64,000 nucleotides of DNA from Daphnia carinata (taxonomy: Eukaryota), in NCBI RefSeq assembly GCF_022539665.2, contig NC_081331.1, forward strand, positions 3,534,001 to 3,598,000. The letters are read 5' to 3'. Numbering within the stretch: position 1 is the stretch's first letter; every line of letters begins with the position of its first letter. Made by a program: the position numbers and the translations under genes. This document shows positions 52,979 through 64,000 of the stretch, piece after piece. The notes beneath the pieces were generated by a model that ran no database searches, was not told the DNA's origin, and was given only the letters and a program-made list of their open reading frames with translations.

Positions 52979-55900
52979 GATTCAGTAGCCACTTGACAAG
53001 CAGTTAATAAATAAGCATCATGTTTTTCGCTTAGGGATGCAATTATCATTAATCAAGTCCTCACCGAAATGTTTTATTTATCCGTGACATCTGTTCGGAC
53101 AGATAAACGAATAAACGAATAATTGTTTTATCCATTACTATACATACCTTTTTCATTTTCCAATTTAACTGTAGACTTTTGCCAGCGCCAGGGCCATCCA
53201 CGTAATCACCGTACACGTAAAAACTCGTTTATTTTCAGCGCACGCATGATATAGTAGGGCCAAATGATAAAGAGCACGTATGAAAAAATACGGCACGACG
53301 GGTTGTACGGCATAGATCATATGGTTGGTCAGCAAGGACTAGGCGGCTTGGGGATCTCGACTAACGTTCAAACGAAAAAAACGAAAACACTATCTCTTTC
53401 GATCTCTATCTCACTAATATAATGTACTCTCTCTCTCTTTATCTAAAGATTGAGAGCAAGACGGCGACAAAAAGTGAGAAAAAACGGAGAAAGCAATATA
53501 GAAGAGAAGAAGGAGAGGCCAAGAGGAAGAAGAAGGTGAAGAGCAACAAGATCAATACTCGCAGCCGGAGAAGCTTCGCCACCCAGCATCAGGGCACAAC
53601 ACAAATACATAGAATGTCTTATCTAATTCATTTTCAATGTTGCTTGCTTTTTCTTGTATGGTAACCCCATCGTTGATGATTACAGCGCACAACTTCTCAC
53701 AACAAGAAATAAAATAAAGAAATTCCACACATCGTCTTCTACGTCTTCACAGATGTAATCCATCTAAATGCTTCATCCTTGTTTTGGTAAATTCTGTCTT
53801 TTTCTCGTTCTTTTCGAATGGTCTCTTCTTGTCTGTTACGATACAGAAGCTCTCATTTTTGCCGACATGCAACAACGCCCACGCGTTCACAATGTGTCGT
53901 CTTCAGAGAAAAACTGTTGACATTAAGCAGGCTTTTCTGTTTGTCGGCAGATCTGCAAACTTCATGACGGCCCTGCGCAAGATGCAAAACCAGTAATACG
54001 TGAAATAAACGAGGATGAAACGCGACAGATGTGTGAGGGACCCTTCGTCTTTCACATTGTCTCGTATCGGACCGAGCAATTCAAGCATATTGCATAAGTT
54101 GCTCGCTTTACTTGTCCATAATAGGCGCATGCAAATGGTTTTCCCTTGGTTTTGTTCTTTTCCCCTTGTTTTCGCAAGCTTTTTATCCGGGCTTCCTATT
54201 TCCGTATACTATAATACGTTGGGCTGTCCAAAATAAAATGAAAAAGACAAGGGCAAAATGTTTCAGTAGGAGGGCCTGTGCAGGAACTCGTGGTATTGCG
54301 GGATTCATTTCGCGGTATAGCTCGTTCTTATCCAGGCACTAGATGCTCGGCCATGTCTCTCCCTGATGCGATTTCGTTCAGCCGCCTAGAAAATCCTTTT
54401 GCCGCTTTTTCGATGGCTTATTTCCTTTACGAATTTTTTTTTCCTTCTGTGGTCGTATGGCGACTGGTTCAGCATTTATGAGATGGTGACAGTCTGTTTC
54501 TTTTGATAACAACTTTCCCACCGTTCGTGGTTTTCTTTTTCCTTTCATCTTTGATCGTTCCATACATGACAGGAAAATCAAGTGGAAACATTTTTAATAG
54601 CTGAAAACGTCGTAAATTGTTTTGCCGATCAAATCCGATGAAAAAACAGTTCACTGAATTCGTTGTGTTCGTGTTGAGAATTTAACAATTACTTTTATTC
54701 TCTTTTATAGGTTCCTCGAATTAATGAATCGTTACAAATAGAATATTTTTTTTTTCTTTCTCTACACAGTTAGTGTATCTCTTGATCAAACCAAACTTTC
54801 GTGGCGGATGCGCATTATAAGAAGAGAACGAGAAAATGTTTTGATATTATAAATTATCGTGAACGAAATGGGGAAAAATGGGACCGAGAATCGGGACTCT
54901 CTTTTGTAAGCCAAAAAAAAAAGAGTAGGGGTATGGAGGGGTAGAAATGGGTGGAGTTGGTACCCATGCGATATGTAGACGGTTGCAAATGGTGTGTCAA
55001 GCTATATCGTGCTGGTACGTATTCCCGTAAATATGACGACACGCAAAAGATCCGTTTTCAGTTGCAGTCGTCATTCTCACGCAACGTTTCTATAAAAATG
55101 ATAAATCCTCCTCCGCCTTCTTTTTGGGGATGTGCATCACGCCGATTATAGTAGCCAACGCTCTTCCATCATCATTCGCCATTCCGATTCAATGACCAAT
55201 GTTTTAGACAGCCAAGCATCGCACCGTCTCGTTTTGGATTGGGGTCGAATGAAACCGCGGGATCGGGACCAGAGAAAGAAGGGAACAAAAAAAAATATCG
55301 AGATGTCCCTATACATAAAAAAAACGAGAAAATTGAAGGGCGAAAGAAAAACAGAGGGATGAAAAGATGAGGCCACCAATGCGATCATATATCACTCAGA
55401 GGTCGACAGTGAACGACATAGAAATGTGACAAGAAGCATACGAGCCACTACGTTATAGCTGGTCTAGGTCACATACTGTGCGGCAAACGATCCTGTCTAT
55501 CCATTTGCCTGCCTCTATTTATTCCCAAGTTCCGATAGATATATTCCCAATGGTACACGAAGCTGTTGTAGCTAACAATCTTCCATCGTTCATCTTTTTT
55601 TTCTAGTTTTTGCGGGTGCCCTTTTGACGTAGAGACATTTACACACACCCTTCCGGTGCTCTCGTACAGAAAAAGTGCTTGCTGCCTTTGCGTCTCGGTC
55701 GTACCATTCATCCCACAGAGAATCAATGGTTTAACCACAATAAGGGCGTTGGCTGCTTATTTGATATAGGCTCAGCCGCAGTCGACCCAATGCGGCCTCT
55801 TCAGTCACCACAACTCGGTCAGTTCAAATAGACAAGCCAATTTTCGTGGGAAAATGTCAAAAAAAGACGCGTGTCGTAAAAAAGAGCTGACCAGCTGTGC

Positions 55901-56453
55901 GAACTTGGAAGTTCGCCATGGTTGTTGGAGACCTCTAGCATACTAATAGGGTCTCGTCAGTTGAGTAGCAAACTGTCTAAAGAGCCTACTGTTTTGCTGC
56001 ATCAGTAATGTTCTCTTTTTTTCTGAAGGCAAGTGAGGCCGTTTCAGTGACTAAAAAAGGCAGTTGAAAGTGCCTTAATCCACGTGAAATGCAACTTTGC
56101 ACTCATCCGGTGGCATTTGCTGGAAATCTGCAATGGCTCATTCGTGCATGTTTATTAACGGTGCTTGAGAAAATTCTCAAATTCCAGTTAAGACAATCAC
56201 ATTTGTAGAGCTAATAAATTTGAAACTCCACAGGGCTATAGGGTGAGTCTGCAATCCTATACGACTGGATGACCGTCTGTCATTCATTACTCCAAATGCT
56301 CTGGGGCTGTGTATACATAACGAGTAAGATAGCGACACAATGCCTAGGGAGGAAAGGTTGACAGCGTAAGAATAGGAGAAGGAAAGAACAACAAAACCAA
56401 CACTCGAATCAAGCAGCTGTTTTAACTATATATGTGTGTGTAGTGAAACTTAC

Positions 56454-56505
56454 CACTTGCGACTAACGAGAAAGCGAAGACAACGTAACGCAGCCTGGCG
56501 ATCAT
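56454..56505 (-). CDS. dpr: Dpr exon 1 coding part: signal peptide MIARLRYVVFAFSLVAS(G)
   Basis: ATG at 56505-56503, basic then hydrophobic 17 codons plus 1 nt, strong donor G|gtaagt. Phase 1 matches exon 2 (G+GT=Gly). Lies about 575 nt downstream of an Inr/DPE candidate. Intron 1 would be 15,094 nt. Confidence 0.78.
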
Positions 56506-57049
56506 GATGATGAAGCCACTTCACACGAATCGCGTCACCAATTTCCCAAACGTATTTTAGCAAACACACAAGTCCTCGCTTATGTTTTTACTGTTCTTTT
56601 TTCGGGTTGTTTCAATAACGACACCAACGTGATACAACTACAATAAGCTCAGCTGATCCAGTTAATTTCTCTTTCACGATCTCCTTGCTTTTGTGACAAG
56701 GTATTTCATTTCTCATGTCATTTGGCCAAACTGAGGCCAAGACGAATCGCTGGTTAATTCGTCAAGCTCCCATTTTTCTTTTTTCTGGGTTTTCAGCGTT
56801 TTGCAAATAGTCCATCCGAAATAATGGCAGTTGAATGAGACAGCCGTCAACCTGACGAGCGCTTCCGTAGAACTAAGATAGGTTCAGCGTTCAACACGAA
56901 CAGATTTGAAAAGACAACAAAACAAAAACAAGTGAAACGATGATGATCGAACAAGAATAGCCTGCGTCTTCAAATTTTAAGAAGACTTGCCGGTGCTGCA
57001 GCGTGAACGATTCAGTGTGTTAGAAAGTGTGAACTGCGAGTCTCAGTCA

Positions 57050-57083
57050 CGACTGGTGCTGACGGTAGTCAGGGATCAACTGA
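57050..57083 (-). promoter_or_regulatory. Candidate TATA-less core promoter of the dpr gene: Inr TCAGTT (A+1 = 57081) and DPE AGTCG at +28 to +32
   Basis: Minus strand TCAGTT at 57083-57078 fits Inr TCAKTY. AGTCG at 57054-57050 fits DPE RGWYV at exactly +28..+32. Further TCAGT/CCAGT motifs at 57092-57121. Confidence 0.55.
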
Positions 57084-60000
57084 CGAGGGGTACTGGATCA
57101 CTGGACTGGATCACTGACTGAAAAGAGGGAGGGTAGGAAAATAATAATAAAAAAAAGAAGTCGCGGTTTTGTGTGTCGCTGGCTTTTGTGCCTGGAACGC
57201 GGAGCGATCGCGTGCGTGAACCACCCGAGACGTGAAACCTTCTGTTTCCTTTGCCGCTTTATATCAGCGTGAGTTACCGACTGCTGCACGTATCCTATAA
57301 AAAGCGCTCAATTCCTGGGCTTGTGCTGGTCTTGCTGTCTGTGACATGCGCGACGCACCGATTCTTCTCTATACTGCTGCAAGCGCCATCACAACTGTGC
57401 AAGAAGTGAAGAGCTTTTGGCGCCGCGTCGCTTACAGAGTCAAACGACTCAACAGGGAATAAAGGATAAACTGAAAAAGATGCGATGATATACGATGGAA
57501 GCGATCTCCTTCTGGACTTGACTTCTTCCTTTTCACCAGCAATGTGTTCACGCTCGAACCAGTTCGGCGTTCGTTCACGTATTTACAATAATTTCATTAT
57601 TGTTTTTTAATGACTGCTATCTTCAGACTCTCTGTTCATATCTACTACGCAATACAGCCATTATTCATTTAAAACCACATAAATATGAGAATTAGGTTCT
57701 AAAAGAATTGCTGCTCCATGATTCCTTTCGATAAGCCAAGAAAAATTAATATGCATCCACGTATTTTTTTCAGCTGTGTTTCCTTTTCCTCATCGATAGC
57801 TCAGTATTGTCGATTGACTTCAATCTTGTCCTATTTTTTTCTCTTGCAGCCGCATAGTTTTCTATTGTCTGCCTCAAAACTTTTCGGGAGTCCGGGCACC
57901 ATCTTTTTGGAAGGTAACCGTTTCACAGCTGTTTTCTTTTGCGCGTTTTTGTTCACTTTTACGAGATCGGTTCACGTCTTACTGAGCTTAGTCGATTCCC
58001 TTGAAATGAACAATTCAGATAGTCTTTTACGAATGGATTATAAATTTTCTCGAAAACAGGGATTCGGGCGTAAAAAACAAGAACACGAGGAGGCAATAAG
58101 TGAAATGCATCAGACTCTTTTTCTCTTATCTGTGATATACATACTACTGTGTGACTATGAAAAACATTTTTAAGCAAACATTTCAAAAAATGTTCAGAGT
58201 GCATTAGACTTTTGTTTAATACCACGCACAATGAGATGCAACATCGACAGTAAAAAAAAAAGCGTTCCTTTTCGTTTTATTTCTGATTTTATCGTTGCAG
58301 CGATAAAATATCAAGCGGATCTACGTTTTCTTTACTTGTTAAAGACGAAAAAAAACAACATACTTTGGATTTTGACGTTGTATCACCAACACAACCCGTG
58401 CACTACAGCCAATCTTTTATATATGACTCCTCTGACATTCATCTATATTAAATAAAGATACGTTCGCAAAAACGGGACTCTCAAGTTGCGACTTTTGATT
58501 ATCTTATTACTACTTTTTTCCCCATCTAGATATTGGTGTTGGATGTAAATAAAGAAATTGAATAAAAAATATATTTTTCCAGAAACTAGAGCTCTTGCTA
58601 CGAAGGTGTTCTCAGTAAAACAGTTCGTGATTGCGATTTTTAAATGAAGAAGCCATCGTTGTGGAGTCGTTGCCTAGTCAGTTTAGTAAGCGACAGCAAG
58701 GAAGCCAAAGTGCAGGGCAACGTAAGAGCCTCTCATCGTAAATTGGGTGAAAAAAAGAAATATGGTCCAACAAAAATTATCTTCCTTTTTGGAATATATC
58801 GTTGTAGTTTTTTTTATTTAAATCGGGGACATCAACAGTTAGCCAACGGCCGGGAACAGTCCCGCTTAAATACGCGCAGAATGGCTTTTCGGTACTTAAA
58901 ATTTTTCGATTTCCAGGAACTGTTATCATCACACGAAGGGAAAACCATGAGTGAAATGAAATTGAACACCTTGCAGGATACGAGGCATTCGTGTGGCTTT
59001 CCAATTCCAAATTTATTGACTTTCCAATAGGTTCTGAAATCACAAGTTCTTGCAGTTGTGAAAATAATTATACCTTATTAGCTGAAAATTCAAGATAGAA
59101 TGCAAATGAAACTTGACAGCACAATCGGTAATGTCCACGCTTACACGTTATGAATCTCTTATACATATGTGTATACACGCAAGTCGTGGTATAGCAATGC
59201 ACATTGCTTATAATCTAATTGAACATATTCAATGGTTATTACTATATATTTTAATTGAAAAAAATATCGCTGTTATCTTCTTATGTTATTACCGTAAGAG
59301 TATACAGCCATGATGGGGTTAAAATATGTTGTTGGATCCTAGAATCAAATTTAAAGAGTTGTACCTTGACCTCGGGAATGATGTGGCTTTCATCTTCGTT
59401 GCACGTAAAGCCTGCTTTGTTAGAATCAGGAAAAGGATACGTCTCAGGGCCCATTTCGTTTCACGAAAATATTCTTAGCCACTTTTCCTTATTACGGGAT
59501 TTTCATTTTGTGTGGGCTTATTGTATAACATTTATACCACTTTCGTTATTAGACTATGTCGCAAAGTTTTTTTGTATCCTATAAAAAAAAACGGGGATAA
59601 GCCGGTTTTTACCGGAAATGGAAACAAGCCTAATTGAACGCTCCTTCCGCGTGATTGCAGATCGATAGAAGCTCTTGAACGCTGTTGGTTCTGATATTGG
59701 AAAGGAGAGAAAACAGAGAAAACGCATACAAAAGTGAGCTCTATTATATAGTGATATTTAGAGTGGATGTTGGTCTATATTTAGAAATCCGCATCAATCA
59801 ACCAATCCTTTTGTGCACAAATACAGTACATACAAGAACTGAGATTGGCAATTAACGTCAAGGCGAAGTAGAAAGAAAAAAAACATAGAGGAACTTGTTG
59901 TCTCTTTATAGATCGAAATCATTTAGCTAGCACAGAACATGGATCTGTCAAGACTCTTCCCGAACACTCGACAGAGAGGGTTTATTGTTTGTCCTGTTTG

Positions 60001-63000
60001 AAAACTGGTCAAGTTGACGATATCGTTTCGGACAGTTCCTTCGAGCAACTTTCACGACGATGGTTACAAGTGAAAGCGTAGAGTTCTAATAAGACGGACG
60101 AGTGATTCACTAGTCTATAAAAACGATTAACAGAGAGATTGCATGTTGAAAGACAACTTGAAATGGTCAAAGAGGTGCAATAGACTATTTGCCCCTTCAA
60201 TTGGATCAAACGATCTGCGTATAAGAGATCGAAAAGACGAAGAAAATGGCGATAGGGCAATAAGCAATGGCCAAGTCCCATGGACGACGATAAGACGACG
60301 GGCGGACAATTGCTACTGGCCCGCTGTTCTCAGCGGCAAGCAGTAATAGCAATGCTACTAAAGAGAAAAAAAAGACGACTGAAAATCGAGTGGAAAAAGG
60401 CAGACGCAATGGTTATAAGGAAACGGACGAATACAGAGAGACAAAAGAATAAATCGAAGGGGATGACAGAACAAAAAGACAATGAGGGCATTACAAACCA
60501 TATAGTTTGTCCATCTAGATCACGAAACAAAACAAACCTTGTTAGAAGGGGAAAAAAATATGCATATATCAGCAAAGCAAAAAATAAGAAATAATTTGGG
60601 GAGACGGATAGAAAAGACAAAGTCAAGTTAAATAGGGTTCCAAACAAACACATTGCATTTTCTTTTTCATCGTTTGCATCCTACTTTTTTTGCGCTCGAA
60701 TAACAGAGACACAAACTAAAAGCACTATTCACTGACAAATTAAACGTCTTCAGTTGGAAAGCACCATCGAACGTCAGATTTTGGCTATCACAGAAAATAG
60801 CTTTTTTTTATTCGCCTAACTTTTTGTTGAATCGCTATGCCTAAATAGGTAAAAGCATTCACTAATTAAAAACGAAAAATGAGTTATCGTGGAAAACTGC
60901 CTTCCGGTTGTAACTCTTAAAATAGGAGACACACCCAAAGTTGCTCATGATGTCAAGCCTTCCTCATCACTAACGAGGCTGACAGTCACAAACGCGTGGA
61001 GCGAACGTCTCACGACCCTCTTAGAGAGACCAAGTGAATTGACGAGGAACTGTTGGCAGCGTGTGTATTTGTTAATTAACTATGTCAATACTTTGATTAA
61101 CAAGCCAATGACGGAGAAGAAGCAGTTCGAAACTCTTGCCGCGCTCAGTCACTCCTCTGATCGAGGGGATTTTCGATGACCTTAACGAAGAAAGAAGAAC
61201 TCAAAAGGGAATTAGAGTGGCAGTCTAATTTGGTGAAAAAATGAAGCCTAATGACCGCATAGTACATGCGAGAATCTGAAAAGCCAGCGAAATTATCACG
61301 CTGCTAATTCGTATCCAGTCAATCATGAATAAACTCATTTTCCAGCTGACCACCGTTGCCCTAGATATCAAATTGTACAGCAACGATTACGCATTCATAA
61401 TTTGGTCACAATTCTCGCTAACTAGTCAAACGTTGTGCACATAGATTGCATATACACGCGACCATCCTTTTTTTTAGATAATAAAGAGTTGGCGACTGCT
61501 GATGGACATAGCTTCCGCCTTGGTCAAACTTGCCAAGTAATCAGAGTGAATCGTGTGGATGTTGGCCAAACAAGAGCGGCAGAAGAACCCACAATGCATA
61601 CTCTACATTGTCAGCAAACATTTCCGATACCACGGCCATCCTACCAGAGGGTGGAGGATAAAAAATAAATAACAGTTCCACCATATAAATCAAATCGAAC
61701 TTGATGTCCATTAGTCTTGTTGTCTACAATGTATGACGTGACTTCTGTGCCGGGCAACTGCTGTTCATGCTTTTGTTTCAAAAAACAAAGCTAGACTGGT
61801 CCAATCGATTGGCAGTGCCCACGTGCAGTGGCCAGCATTGATTGTACTAAGTCCATAAATATGGGCGTTTATTTTGGATAATAACGGAACATTGTTCGGC
61901 CTTGTTTTGTGGTTGTATGCTGCCCTTTCTCATTACGTTCTCTGGAAAGGGACATGATTTATAAGTATCAAACAAACTAAGTTGAACAATGTAGACCAAA
62001 TGGACAAAAAGACAGCGTAATTTTGTGTGATGGAATCGCATTGTCACCAAAAACCTTTATACCGCACAATCAAAGGCGAACGATAATTTTATGCCAAGTT
62101 CATCCATTTTACGATTGTTCAACTCGCCGTTCCCTTGCTACTAGTCTCATCGATTGGCGTAGAATTTCAATTGAAAAAAAAACGAAACCAACAATATTCC
62201 CGTGCGATGGACGCCTTTTGACCGGCGTGCCCGTTTGCCAATGTCAACAACACGTCAACGTACACAAACTATGACGTACAAGGCAAACATTCACGCAATC
62301 GTCTAGAATGCGGTTTCCCCTATGTACACACAAAGAAGTAGGCCAGTGTTATAGCCATATTGATCATGTGTATGGCATCTGTCGTCATTGCGCCTGTCAA
62401 CTCGTTAAAAAAAATGAACATAAGCGGAAAACGAAACTTTTCGTGCACTTTTCTTTTGTTCATTTTTTAGACAAATGTATTTTTAACATGTTTCCCCTGA
62501 TTTATTTCTGTTGAGTGAGCACGCAACTTGGTTTTCCTTGTCTCCAACAACATGTAGTGCACAACAAAACGTTGACTTACACTAACTATTTCTCGCATTA
62601 TCGATTACAAGCGGAAGAATTTGGAAAAAGAATAATCGTGGGCACGGTGGATATTACCCTCTGCAGCCTACGGGTGGGAAAGAATGAGAAGTAGTCTAGA
62701 ATATAAGATAATAATAATAATAATAAAGGCAAATAAATAAGCAGTTTGACGATGCATAAGAGTGATGCACATAAATTGACTCGTCGGGCGAAAACGGAAC
62801 AACAATGCACGCATTTTGTGTGACAAAGATTTACTTCGCTATACAACGGTGAATAATATGGATATTTTGTTGCTGCCGTCTTTCGCTTGCCTTGCCATGA
62901 GAATGTTGTTCAATTTAGCCGAGTGGAAGGCAAAGGCGAACTCTTGCGACTATACATGTATGTTTTCACAGAAGTCATTTGATCTCGAACTACAACAAAA

Positions 63001-64000
63001 CCTAACGAGCAAACAGCGAATGAATGAAGACAAAACCGTGAGACGCAACTGTTAAGGGCAGAATAGCTATGATGAAAATGGATCCGCAAAACCAGCGCAA
63101 ACATATTCAGCTTAGATTTCTACAGTAGTGTTACCGAAGACATCGAAATCTGTCACGTTTTGCTTATTTACGCGTACTCAAAAACATTCGATGCTTTTTT
63201 GATTTACCATAGAGTTGATTGATCAAAGCACTTCCTTAAACCGACCAACTTTTCAGCAACAAATATACAGTTGATGTTCTTTCAGTTACTCAAGGCGTCT
63301 ACATAATTTTGTACTTCATTTGGATGGGTGGAAGTGACGCTGACTGCCAGTGCGACCTTGATTTTCGTGTATACCGTGGATTACTGGGCTACTTAACAGT
63401 AAAGAAGTTGACGAAGAAAATAACTTTTCTCTCGTTAAAGTAGCTCGTTGTCGACTTCATTTTCCTTCGAATGCGTCGCGTTCGACGGAAATGTAATCTC
63501 CACGGAATCCCAGTTGAGGATAATGTACACTCGGGCCGTCATCGACTTTACAGCTCGTATAGTATATACGGTGCGTGATAGGTAAACACACACCGGTTCA
63601 GCAAGGAAATCCACTAGGGCGACGGCGTCCAAGTAAACAACAAGTAAAACTCTTGTGAGTATAAATACGCCAGTTTCCGTTGCCATTTCACGTAAACAAT
63701 TTTTATTTTGCGTACCCAACGCCCACACTTGTTACTGCATCAAAGCTCTTCGTGTTACACAAGTAGCAACTAGAAATGCCACCTCTCGTGATGGATCCAT
63801 CGTTACGCGGAAAAAAAAGGGTGGCACATAGGAAACGTTTGACGGGTGAAAAATTGTACCCGTCAATGCAGTAGATGTGCGATTCTATTAAAAGTTAGCC
63901 GGTTAATCCAGAATCTATTATACTTTACGAATCAAATCAATGGAGGTTGCATTAAAGTGTAGCGTCGAAAGGACGAAACAGAACTTACAAGCAAGTAGGC

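Larger units (their letters stand above)
28304..56505 (-). other. dpr: Gene span (start to stop) of a Dpr-family two-Ig-domain neuronal cell-surface protein; 7 coding exons, 366 aa
   Basis: Manual splicing gives a continuous 1101-nt ORF: signal peptide, S/T-rich spacer, Ig1 (GPRFVPEASKNITALAGRVASLNCRIKNLDNWTVSWVRHRDVSLLTVAGYTYSSDQRF...DSGIYECQISTTP), Ig2 (GSTINLTCVI...W...YDSSRGGVSVVTEKG...DSGKYVCRPDN), then GESPAAMQ and a hydrophobic tail. These motifs are characteristic of the Drosophila Dpr family. The specific paralog cannot be assigned by eye. Confidence 0.93.

Noticed and set aside
53103..53122. Short tandem (ataaacga)2.5
   Set aside because: Trivial slippage repeat.
63435..63728. 97-aa minus-strand ORF
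   Set aside because: No family motif or convincing splice context; within the chance expectation for ORF length.
1..64000. Prokaryotic-type systems (CRISPR, operons, defence islands) or rRNA/tRNA genes
   Set aside because: The sequence is intron-containing eukaryotic DNA. No regularly spaced repeat-spacer array or RNA-gene signature was seen.

Overview
Eukaryotic, gene-poor, moderately AT-rich genomic DNA with many poly-A/T runs and microsatellites. It is almost certainly arthropod, and the texture suggests Daphnia-like DNA (inference). Most ORFs in the supplied track are spurious. One complete gene can be reconstructed by hand: a minus-strand, 7-coding-exon Dpr (defective proboscis extension response)-family two-Ig cell-surface protein. 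Its CDS is join(complement) 56505-56454, 41359-41073, 39797-39769, 39651-39362, 36915-36788, 32909-32741, 28449-28304 = 1101 nt, 366 aa. All six introns are GT-AG and the phases are consistent. A TATA-less Inr+DPE promoter candidate lies at about 57050-57083. A second minus-strand gene is suggested by a signal-peptide exon at 2515-2628. Dpr introns 1 and 6 carry a modular AT-rich repeat family; the intron-1 cluster (49020-50190) has foldback-like geometry and GC hairpins. I see no RNA genes, CRISPR, autonomous transposon ORFs or clearly novel system. The best leads are a ~35-aa insertion (possible exitron) in the Dpr Ig1 domain, a 29-nt micro-exon with a possibly gained intron, the repeat cluster and the orphan secreted-protein exon.
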